Below, one piece after another: positions 56,966-64,000 of a stretch of DNA of 64,000 bases. Numbering within the stretch: position 1 is the first letter of the stretch; every line of letters starts with the position of its first letter. The notes beneath the pieces are model-generated. The model was not told the origin of the DNA. It searched no databases and saw only the letters and a program-made list of their open reading frames with translations. Origin of the DNA: an uncultured Erysipelotrichaceae bacterium (lineage in GTDB: Bacteria > Bacillota_I > Bacilli_A > RFN20 > CAG-826); contig CACYCS010000174.1 in assembly GCA_902773005.1 (NCBI GenBank), positions 5,522 to 69,521 of the forward strand, in the 5' to 3' direction. The translations under genes were made by a program, and so were the position numbers.

Positions 56966-57700
56966 CTATCGGCCGTGAGGAGCGTAAGCGTCATGCATCA
57001 AGATGCTTCCCGCAACGCCAACGTTCAAAGAATCGATTCCCTGCATCGAGATCTTAAGCAGGTCATCGCAGTGATTCAGGGCGAATTCGCATACACCCCT
57101 CCCCTCGTTTCCAAGAATCAGGGCGAATTGCTTTGGGTAAACATGCCCTTCTGAGGGGACTGATTTTTCGCTTAAGGCGGTGCCGATGATGCGATACCCT
57201 CGCTCGCGGAGCGCATCAAAGCCTTCTTCGATAGAGGCGGCAAAATGGAGATTCAAGGCAAATATCGCGCCTTGGCTCGCTTGGATTGCCTTGGGGTTGA
57301 AGGGAGAGCAAGTTCCAGGGAGGAACAAGACGTCTTCAAATCCGAATGCGAGGGCGCTGCGGAGAAGGGTGCCGATGTTTCCAGGATCTTGAATTCTATC
57401 GAACACCACCGCTTTATGGCACGCATATGGGGCTTCGCCTTTTCTTTTGGCGACGCCGACGATCGGCTCAGGATGGGAGGTTGAGGCGAGCTTTTCGATG
57501 ATCTCGGGGGTCACTATATGGGCGTTAGCAAACGGAAACGACGGCTCCTCAAGGGCAAATACCTCGGATAAGCAGCCATTTTCAAAAGCCATCTCGACGA
57601 GGTGAAATCCCTCGATGAGATAGGTTTCGCCAGGTTTCCCTTTCAATAAGGAAGCGGCTTTGACCTTGGGGTTGGTCCTGCTTGTGATGACGTCACTCAT
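56966..57700 (-). CDS. TrmH/SpoU family RNA 2'-O-methyltransferase
   Basis: 244 aa with SpoU motifs DRIQDPGNIGTLLRSA, LILGNEGRGV and SLNVGVAGSILM. Its position matches ysgA upstream of pheS in Bacillus. Confidence 0.88.
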   Translation of the reverse strand: MSDVITSRTNPKVKAASLLKGKPGETYLIEGFHLVEMAFENGCLSEVFALEEPSFPFANAHIVTPEIIEKLASTSHPEPIVGVAKRKGEAPYACHKAVVFDRIQDPGNIGTLLRSALAFGFEDVLFLPGTCSPFNPKAIQASQGAIFALNLHFAASIEEGFDALRERGYRIIGTALSEKSVPSEGHVYPKQFALILGNEGRGVCEFALNHCDDLLKISMQGIDSLNVGVAGSILMHDAYAPHGR

Positions 57701-58310
57701 ATTCTTTATGAAGCAATTTCCTCCGCTTGTCCCAATAATCGGGGCAGTACTTCAATACGATTTTATAGAATGCCTCCGAATGGTTGAAGACAAAATGATG
57801 TGCGAGTTCGTGCACCACGACCGAATCGATGGTCGAAAGGGCGTATTGGATGAGGTCGAGCTGGAAGGTGATCGAGTTGCTGCGGCGCGAATTGACGCCA
57901 TAGCGGGTCTTCATGTCGCGCACCTTCACCTTGTACTTTCCTTCCGGCACTCCCATCAGGGGCGCGTAATAATCGACGCGGGACTGGAAAATCTGAAGCG
58001 CCCGCGCGCGAAAGAGCTCCTTCCGCTCCTCCAAGCTTAGGTCCCCGACTTCCGCCTTCTGGCCAAGGAAATGGATGAACCCATCCTCCTCTTTGCCGAG
58101 GAGGCTGCGCTTCTCGGCCTTCTTGAGCAATCCGTCGAGATGGGACTCTACGAATTTGTCGATTTCTCGGAGCGGAGTTCGGTTTGGGGCCGAGATGCGG
58201 AGGGTGCCTTCTTCCGCGCCCATCCGCATCACGAGCGACTTCATCCTCTTGAAGGTGATCGTCGCCTCGTAGCGCTTTCCCTGATATTCGTAGATCCTCT
58301 TGACGTCCAT
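57693..58310 (-). CDS. M48/YgjP-like metal-dependent hydrolase (DUF45)
   Basis: Track ORF 57693..58334. The likely start is MDVKRIYEY. It has the HExxH motif VVVHELAHHFVFNHS. Confidence 0.8.
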   Translation of the reverse strand: MDVKRIYEYQGKRYEATITFKRMKSLVMRMGAEEGTLRISAPNRTPLREIDKFVESHLDGLLKKAEKRSLLGKEEDGFIHFLGQKAEVGDLSLEERKELFRARALQIFQSRVDYYAPLMGVPEGKYKVKVRDMKTRYGVNSRRSNSITFQLDLIQYALSTIDSVVVHELAHHFVFNHSEAFYKIVLKYCPDYWDKRRKLLHKEYE

Positions 58311-58372
58311 GCTTTGACAATTATACGCGCCCATGCTTTATTTTGCTTCCCCGTTTGGGTATGATTTGCCCG

Positions 58373-59065
58373 ATGGAAAAAATCTTGGTATCCGCCTGCC
58401 TTCTGGGCGAGAAAACGAAATACGACGGAGGCGACAACCTCGTCGAGGAATTGAAGGGCCTGCTCGAGTTCTTTGAGCTCGTTCCATTTTGCCCTGAGAT
58501 AGAAGGCGGCCTCCCCTGCCCAAGGGTCCCGGCCGAAAGAAAGGGGAATTGGGTCATCAACAAAGACGGGGTCGATGTGACTGAGCAATATCGCGAAGGC
58601 GCCGAGAAGGCGCTTCGCCTATGCAAATTGCTCGGGATCGAATTGGCGATCCTCAAGCAAGGCTCCCCTTCTTGCGGCAGCAAAGAGATCTATGACGGCT
58701 ATTTCCGCGACCGCAAAATCGCGGGAAAAGGCGTCACCGCCGCCCTTCTTTCCGGCAATGGCGTCCGCGTGATGGACGAAGAGGAAGCGATCGCTTTCCT
58801 TAATAAGAAGGTCGAATGGCAGAAGACCCATAAGGAAATCGTCGAGAAGAAGCTTGAGGCCAAGGCGGAGAAAGAGCGCAAGGCCGCTGAAAGAAAAGCG
58901 AAGCTCGAGGCGAAAAGATCCTCGTTCCGCGGCAAAAAGACCGGCGGAAAAGGCTATGGAAGCCATGGACGTTCCTCCCATCAAGGCGAAAGAAAATTCT
59001 CGTCTAGAGGAAGGAAGCCATATGGCGCCAAAAGACCCTACAAAGGCAAAAAGGAATCCGAATAA
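58373..59065 (+). CDS. DUF523 (TudS-like 2-thiouracil desulfurase family) protein with Lys/Arg-rich C-terminal extension
   Basis: Track ORF 58343..59065. The likely start is MEKILVSACLLGEKTKYDGGDN. The Cys ligand contexts SACLLGE, FCPEIEGGLPCPR and GSPSCGS are present. The last ~90 aa are a KAEKERKAAERKAKLEAKRSSFRGKKTGGKGYG...KGKKESE tail. Confidence 0.8.
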   Translation: MEKILVSACLLGEKTKYDGGDNLVEELKGLLEFFELVPFCPEIEGGLPCPRVPAERKGNWVINKDGVDVTEQYREGAEKALRLCKLLGIELAILKQGSPSCGSKEIYDGYFRDRKIAGKGVTAALLSGNGVRVMDEEEAIAFLNKKVEWQKTHKEIVEKKLEAKAEKERKAAERKAKLEAKRSSFRGKKTGGKGYGSHGRSSHQGERKFSSRGRKPYGAKRPYKGKKESE

Positions 59066-59089
59066 GCGACCCATGTGGTCGTTTTTCGT

Positions 59090-59344
59090 TTATAGCCCTT
59101 GATCGTGTTCGATCGGTTTGCCCTCTTCGTCGACTTCCGGCTGCATCTTGTCGAGCGCGTTCACGATCGGCGTGACGACATATCCGGCGGCGATGAAGAA
59201 GAGGGCGAGGATGCCATCCTCCCCCAGCGCGGCGTAATTCTGTTCCGCGAAATAGCGGAACGCCCCCACCGCGATCATGGCTAATGCTAAGATTGGGAAG
59301 ATGATGCGGCTCGCTTTCGCGACTTTTGCAAGTGAATCGTTCAT
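59090..59344 (-). CDS. 84-aa two-TM membrane protein, hypothetical
   Basis: MNDSLAKVAKASRIIFPILALAMIAVGAF...GILALFFIAAGYVVTPIV... has a Shine-Dalgarno AAGGAGACAATTCC-ATG. Confidence 0.65.
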   Translation of the reverse strand: MNDSLAKVAKASRIIFPILALAMIAVGAFRYFAEQNYAALGEDGILALFFIAAGYVVTPIVNALDKMQPEVDEEGKPIEHDQGL

Positions 59345-59711
59345 GGAATTGTCTCCTTATCGTTTATTGTTCGTCTATTGTCCTGCCTTTGGCAGAAGAA
59401 TCTAAAAGTGAGGCGGGCCTCTTTTATCTGCTTTTATTTCGGTGCAAGGACGTTCGGCTGTGGGAATGAATGGAGCGCAGTGGAATTGTTTTTGATTTGA
59501 GCAATATCTAGCGCTTGGATGAAAGCGTGTTTTTCTATTCTTGTAGAAGCTATATTTCGACATAAGCCTGCTTGTCCCGCTTCTTGCGCCGAAAAGGCGC
59601 TTGAATAGCTTCGGGATTATTTCTTTCTTGGCGGGTTCGCCCTGATTCGATTTCGGCATCATGATTCCGTTTTTTCCTCCTTGAGAAAAAGATCTCCTCA
59701 CTTACTAATTG

Positions 59712-59760
59712 CCGAAAAAAACGAAAAACGACCCTAAAATTTTTTGGAGTTTCCAAAAAG
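59712..59760 (-). terminator. rho-independent terminator after the PucR-like gene
   Basis: Minus sense: UUUUUGGA-AAC-UCCAAAAA followed by AUUUUAGGGUCGUUUUUCGUUUUUUU. An outer ACCCTA/TAGGGT inverted repeat surrounds it. Confidence 0.7.
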
Positions 59761-59791
59761 TTCAGATAGGGTCGAAGAAAAAATTTTTAAA

Positions 59792-60361
59792 TTAATTTTT
59801 GCCGCGCAGCTGGAAATAGATCTCTAACAGCAACGCATTATGGTAATCGCGGATGTCGAGATTCGTCACTTCCACGAAACGGTCAAGGCGGTTGCGGAAG
59901 GTGTTGCGATGGACGAAGAGGACTTCGGAAGCGTAATTGGAATTGCAGCCGCAGCGAAGGTAGGCGCCGGCCGCGGAGAGGAGTTCCTGATCGACGTGCT
60001 TGAATTGTTTCATGAGGAGGTTGTAGGTTGAAAAATCGCCGAAGCTCATGTCGCGCATCAAGATATCGGTCAGATAGCAAGGGTAGTTCGCGAAATATAG
60101 AAGGGCTTTCTCAAGGGCTTTCTCCTCTAGTTGCCCATGGGCATGGCTAACGAGGCAGCCGATCTTCACGCCATGCTCATCGTGATAAGGAAGCAAAACG
60201 GTATCGAGGGCATAGGCAACCTCTGCCGGAGCGACGAATTCGGCGCGTCTAGAAGAAGGGAAGCGGACGGAGCGTTCCTCGATCCCAAGGCGCTTCAGTC
60301 TCATCAGGAATTCCGGCTTTGGGAAATCGCCGTCCGCTAAGAAAAGATAGATCTTATTCAT
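59792..60361 (-). CDS. PucR/CdaR-type C-terminal HTH regulator (short form)
   Basis: 189 aa. The C-terminus NYASEVLFVHRNTFRNRLDRFVEVTNLDIRDYHNALLLEIY is a PucR_C HTH. It overlaps the 3' end of the GH13 gene by 8 nt. Confidence 0.7.
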   Translation of the reverse strand: MNKIYLFLADGDFPKPEFLMRLKRLGIEERSVRFPSSRRAEFVAPAEVAYALDTVLLPYHDEHGVKIGCLVSHAHGQLEEKALEKALLYFANYPCYLTDILMRDMSFGDFSTYNLLMKQFKHVDQELLSAAGAYLRCGCNSNYASEVLFVHRNTFRNRLDRFVEVTNLDIRDYHNALLLEIYFQLRGKN

Positions 60362-62069
60362 CGTTTCTGATCCTTAGCAGGAATGACTCGAATGGGCGAA
60401 GGTGGAAGGTATGGTCACGCAGATAAACGTTATCGTAATTCTGCAGGATAACTTCTCCAATCGCGTGGTAGAAGGGGAAATCGACCTCCTTCTCGGTGAA
60501 GTTGCTCACGACGATGAGCTCGCACGAAGCTCCGACGTGGCGGTAGGCGAAGACGTCTGGGTTATAGAAATCCAAAAATTCAAGGGTTCCGTTGATGACC
60601 GCGTCATTCAAAAGCGCGTCACGCCTCTTCCAAATCGCGTACTGATAGAAATTCAAGATGGACCAAGGGTCGCGCATCTGGTCATAGATATTGATGCCCT
60701 GCAGGTAATTTCCGTTCACCTTGTTCACGGATCCCTTCTTTGAGAACCCGGCGTTCTCGCCGCGATCCCATTGCATGGGCGTGCGGCTATTGACGCGCGA
60801 GCAGCGATTCAGATAATGGGTGATCTGCTCATCGCCATACCCTTTGGAGCGAAGATACGCGACATCGGTCCTAGTTGCCGAATCGCTGAAGAAATCCTCG
60901 GGCTTATCGTAAGTCACGTTGCTCATGCCGATTTCGTCGCCATAGTAGATAAATGGCGTGCCATAGAGGAATAGAAGCGTGGTGAGGAGGCACTTCGCGC
61001 TTTCGTTACGGTATTTCTCGGACCCGTATTGGCTAAGTACCCTCGGGTGGTCGTGGTCGCACCAATATAGCGGCATGTCCGCCACGCCATGGCACTTCTC
61101 GTACCAGCGCTGGAAATTGCTCTTCAAAAGCACGAGGTCGGTTTTGATCTCCTCGTCCTTTTTATCGATGGAGCCAAAGGCCCCATTGTTCCAAACCGTG
61201 TCGAAATTGAAGATCATCGAGACAGGCCCATTCTCAATTGAGGCGAGACGTGCAGCGTTTTCGGGGGTTATCCCTCCGCCAGCTTCGCCGATGAGGCAGG
61301 GATCATGATCCACGTTAAGCGCGTCGGAGAATTCCTTAAGGTATTCCCCTACTTCTGGTCGATTGGAGAATTTGTCGGTGTCGAGGACGAATCCATTGCC
61401 GTGATCCGGCAAGTTCGAATCGCTGAAGGACATGTCTTTGGAAAGGTGCGCCATCGCATCGATCCGGAAGCCATCCGCGCCGAGATTCAGGTAAAACAAT
61501 GCCACGTCTGCCATGGATTTGCGAACCGCGGGGTTCGACCAGTTTAGATCAGGCTGCTTCTCGGCGAAGATATGGAGGTAATATTCGTCGCTATCTGGGA
61601 CCTTGGTCCACGCGGGAATCGAGTTGAAGCTTGCCCAGTTATTGGGCGGGACGAGCTCGCCGTCTTTTAGCTTCCCTTTGCGGAAGAAATAATAGCCGCG
61701 CTCTGCGGAATCCGGGTCTTTGATAGCCATCTGAAACCAAGGATGCTCATCGCTAGTCGCGGCGAGGGGGAGGTCCAATATGATTTTGATGCCCAATTCA
61801 TGCGCGCGATCGATGAGATGCTTCAAATCATCCATCGTCCCGTATTCGGGGGCGATCGAAAGATAATCGCTCACGTCGTAGCCATTATCTTCCATGGGCG
61901 ACTTGAAAATCGGGCCGAGCCAGATCAAGTTGATTCCTAGATCGCGGAGGTAATCGAGTTTGGATTCGATCCCCCTAAGATCGCCAATGCCATCATCATT
62001 CGAGTCCAAATAGGCCTGCGGGTAAATGACATACCCGACGCAATCGCGCCACCATCTATTGTGCTTCAT
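60354..62069 (-). CDS. GH13 alpha-glucosidase (oligo-1,6-glucosidase / trehalose-6-P hydrolase-like)
   Basis: Track ORF 60354..62117. The likely start is MKHNRWWRDCVGYVIYPQAY. GH13 regions are present: DLGINLIWLGPIF, GADGFRIDAMAH, LIGEAGG and FLYGTPFIYYGDEIGM. Confidence 0.88.
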   Translation of the reverse strand: MKHNRWWRDCVGYVIYPQAYLDSNDDGIGDLRGIESKLDYLRDLGINLIWLGPIFKSPMEDNGYDVSDYLSIAPEYGTMDDLKHLIDRAHELGIKIILDLPLAATSDEHPWFQMAIKDPDSAERGYYFFRKGKLKDGELVPPNNWASFNSIPAWTKVPDSDEYYLHIFAEKQPDLNWSNPAVRKSMADVALFYLNLGADGFRIDAMAHLSKDMSFSDSNLPDHGNGFVLDTDKFSNRPEVGEYLKEFSDALNVDHDPCLIGEAGGGITPENAARLASIENGPVSMIFNFDTVWNNGAFGSIDKKDEEIKTDLVLLKSNFQRWYEKCHGVADMPLYWCDHDHPRVLSQYGSEKYRNESAKCLLTTLLFLYGTPFIYYGDEIGMSNVTYDKPEDFFSDSATRTDVAYLRSKGYGDEQITHYLNRCSRVNSRTPMQWDRGENAGFSKKGSVNKVNGNYLQGINIYDQMRDPWSILNFYQYAIWKRRDALLNDAVINGTLEFLDFYNPDVFAYRHVGASCELIVVSNFTEKEVDFPFYHAIGEVILQNYDNVYLRDHTFHLRPFESFLLRIRNDE

Positions 62070-62163
62070 GCACAAATTATGATACATACTCCGCCGCTTT
62101 TCAATCCATTTGCCCACGTCTTGCGCATTTTTTATTCCAATGGAGCCATAACTATTCTAGCAG

Positions 62164-62193
62164 TTGCAACGCAATCGAAGAGGCCGCTATAAG
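62164..62193 (+). promoter_or_regulatory. sigma-A type promoter for fba
   Basis: TTGCAA, an 18-nt spacer, then TATAAG, about 95 nt upstream of the fba ATG. Confidence 0.5.
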
Positions 62194-62285
62194 AATTCAT
62201 GAAATCGATGTGCGCTTTTCTATGGAAACGCGAAATAAAAAGAAGGATAATTAACACGCAATTGAACTTGGAGGTTCAACATAAA

Positions 62286-63167
62286 ATGCTAGTCAATGCA
62301 ACCAGGATGCTGAAAAAGGCGCGCGCCGAGCACTACGCCGTCGGCCATTTCAACATCAACAACCTTGAATGGACCAAAGCCATTCTCCTCACCGCCGAAG
62401 AGCTGAAATCGCCCGTCATCCTCGGCGTTTCCGAAGGCGCTGCCAAGTACATGGGCGGCTTCAAGGTCGTCGCCGCGATGGTCAAGGCACTCGATGAGAG
62501 CCTCGGCATCACCGTCCCCGTCGCCCTTCACCTCGACCACGGCTCCTATGCTGGCGCCAAAGCCTGCGTCGAAGCTGGCTTCACTTCCATCATGTTCGAT
62601 GGATCCTCCCTCCCCTTCGAGGAGAACCTCGCCAAGACCAAAGAGCTCGTCGACTATGCCCACGACAAGGGCCTCTCGATCGAAGCCGAAGTTGGTGCGA
62701 TCGGCGGAACCGAAGACGGCATCACCGCTGATGGCGAAGTCGCGGATCCCGCGGAGTGCAAGAAGATCGCCGACCTCGGCGTTGACTTCCTCGCTGCCGG
62801 CATCGGCAACATCCACGGCATCTATCCGGCCGACTGGACTGGTCTCCACCTCGACGCCCTCGAGAAGATCGGCGAAGCGACCGGCGGCATACCGCTAGTT
62901 CTCCATGGTGGCACCGGCATCCCCGACGATCAGATCAAAGCGGCCATCAAAGGTGGCGTGAGCAAGATCAACGTCAACACCGACTGCCAGCTCGCCTTCG
63001 CTGCCGCGACCAAGGAATACTGCCTTGCCGGCAAGGCCGACCCCACTGCTGAGAACACCAGCAAGGGCTATGACCCCCGCAAGCTCCTCAAGCCCGGCTT
63101 CCTCGCGATTCAAGCCAAGGTCAAAGAGAAGATGGAACTCTTCGGTTCCGTCGGCAAAGCCGCTTAA
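62286..63167 (+). CDS. fba: class II fructose-1,6-bisphosphate aldolase
   Basis: Track ORF 62199..63167. I moved the start to MLVNATRMLKKARAEHYAVGHFNINN, which has a GGAGG Shine-Dalgarno. It has PVALHLDHG and LVLHGGTG motifs. Confidence 0.93.
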   Translation: MLVNATRMLKKARAEHYAVGHFNINNLEWTKAILLTAEELKSPVILGVSEGAAKYMGGFKVVAAMVKALDESLGITVPVALHLDHGSYAGAKACVEAGFTSIMFDGSSLPFEENLAKTKELVDYAHDKGLSIEAEVGAIGGTEDGITADGEVADPAECKKIADLGVDFLAAGIGNIHGIYPADWTGLHLDALEKIGEATGGIPLVLHGGTGIPDDQIKAAIKGGVSKINVNTDCQLAFAAATKEYCLAGKADPTAENTSKGYDPRKLLKPGFLAIQAKVKEKMELFGSVGKAA

Positions 63168-63187
63168 TTCGAAAGCGAAACGCCATC

Positions 63188-63215
63188 AAAGCGCAGCACT
63201 GCTGCGCTTTTTTCG
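63188..63215 (+). terminator. rho-independent terminator after fba
   Basis: AAGCGCAGC-ACU-GCUGCGCUU followed by UUUUCG. Confidence 0.8.
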
Positions 63216-63224
63216 TCGGCAGGA

Positions 63225-63500
63225 CCAAGAGTTTTCGTTTTCCCAAAATCGCCGCATGATGGCCCCACGGGATAAAGAAAATGGCGTTGTAGTCATCACT
63301 CGGAGATTCGTCAACAGGCTGTTGATGATTTTGAAATAGCCCGCGATAACGTTCATTAAAATACTTCATATATCGGAGGTTCGATACAGAAAGTCCTATC
63401 AAGTTGGGTATTTCCCGCCGGAGGTCAGCGCTTAGCTTGCTATAAAACCTTGAGCCGTAGACGGAATAAAGGCCTTTCTTCGATATGCCTTCGCCCAAAA
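63225..63500 (-). pseudogene. remnant of a DUF1016/YhcG-like (PD-(D/E)xK nuclease family) gene, N-terminal domain only
   Basis: Part of track ORF 63121..63705: KGLYSVYGSRFYSKLSADLRREIPNLIGLSVSNLRYMKYFNERYRG...IFFIPWGHHAAILGK. This resembles the YhcG N-terminal domain pattern (YG..LL..LS.dL....G.GFS..NL..MR.FY..Y....LsWsHy..LL). The nuclease domain that should follow is absent, and the frame runs into the fba terminator. Confidence 0.45.
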
Positions 63501-63556
63501 GGAAATAAAAACGAAGTAGTAAAAATGGTAGGCGAGAAATTTTAGCCACCAAAATA

Positions 63557-63847
63557 ATGTCCGAACTTGCCAAGATCATAAAAAAGAATCCGCCATTTCG
63601 GAATAAAGGGATTAGACTTCTATCATGCAATACCGGTTCTGCCCCTGATGGTTTTGCCCAAAAGCTGGCAAATAAGCTTGGAATTCCAGTCAAAGCGCCA
63701 AACAATTTGCTATGGGCGTATTCAAACGGCGTGCTAATCGTCGCGCCACGAGCTTCATCTGATCGAAACTCATCTAACTACAAAAGACCGCATCCGACAA
63801 TCCGAGGATGCTTCGTAACCTATTATCCTGGAGGCAATAAGAAATGA
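63557..63847 (+). CDS. 96-aa hypothetical protein with LLSCNTG Cys motif (possibly a toxin/enzyme-domain fragment)
   Basis: MSELAKIIKKNPPFRNKGIRLLSCNTGSAPDGFAQKLANKLGIPVKAPNNLLWAYSNG... has no clear Shine-Dalgarno. An in-frame stop lies 49 nt upstream of the ATG. Its stop overlaps the next ATG (ATGA). Confidence 0.4.
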   Translation: MSELAKIIKKNPPFRNKGIRLLSCNTGSAPDGFAQKLANKLGIPVKAPNNLLWAYSNGVLIVAPRASSDRNSSNYKRPHPTIRGCFVTYYPGGNKK

Positions 63848-64000
63848 AACACATAATCTGCGAAAAATGCGGGAGCGAAATGATCGATCTGTCCAAAGGC
63901 CCCTATATAACTGCAACATGCCCGAGTTGCGGATGGGGATGGGCCACTTACGATGGCTCTCTCGAGCCAGAGCCTAAGAAGCCGATCGGAATAAGCATTG
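63844..64000 (+). CDS. zinc-ribbon protein, hypothetical (partial, runs off right edge)
   Basis: My translation: MKHIICEKCGSEMIDLSKGPYITATCPSCGWGWATYDGSLEPEPKKPIGISI. It carries CxxC...CxxC. GGAGG lies 9 nt upstream of the ATG. The ORF is not in the track because it has no stop in the window. Confidence 0.55.
   Translation, partial: MKHIICEKCGSEMIDLSKGPYITATCPSCGWGWATYDGSLEPEPKKPIGISI

Noticed and set aside
62195-62215. cre-like (CcpA) site ATGAAATCGATGTGC downstream of the fba promoter
   Set aside because: It matches only part of the WTGNAANCGNWNNCW consensus; the 3' conserved C is a G. This is insufficient to call.

Overview
This window is mostly a conserved Firmicutes/Bacilli-type housekeeping backbone. 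About 55 of 62 genes lie on the minus strand. Order: dxs(partial)-xseB-xseA-nusB-membrane-asp23, tkt, aspS-hisS-rel-recJ-secDF, ruvBA, obg, GT2, rpmA-prp-rplU, valS, engB-lon-tig, plsC, tRNA-Arg(TCT), uvrC-mutS2, rnhC, rluD-lspA-ileS, degV, ftsZ-ftsA, ftsL-like-rsmH-mraZ, SPFH-NfeD operon, yceD-like-pheT-pheS, trmH-like, DUF45 peptidase, DUF523/TudS-like, PucR-like regulator + GH13 glucosidase, fba. Three T-box leaders (valS, ileS, pheS) can be read directly. TGA is used as a stop codon, so this is genetic code 11. The division cluster (mraZ-rsmH-small TM-ftsA-ftsZ) has no mur/pbp/ftsW/ftsQ genes, which suggests a wall-less or envelope-reduced Bacilli/Mollicutes-like lineage despite a mid-50s % GC (judged by eye, not computed). 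Non-backbone parts worth a second look: (i) a ~540-nt ORF-poor, stem-rich spacer at 21.6-22.2 kb that I could not assign to any known RNA; (ii) an AT-rich island at 25.4-27.5 kb encoding a secreted papain-fold cysteine peptidase plus an adjacent lipoprotein-like gene; (iii) decayed or variable DNA after fba (63.2-64.0 kb) with a nuclease remnant and a translationally coupled small-ORF pair; (iv) several repeat or palindrome elements in long spacers, and unusual low-complexity tails on HisRS, LspA and the TudS-like protein. No CRISPR array, transposase or rRNA was seen. All family calls rest on motifs I recognise by eye; no searches were run.
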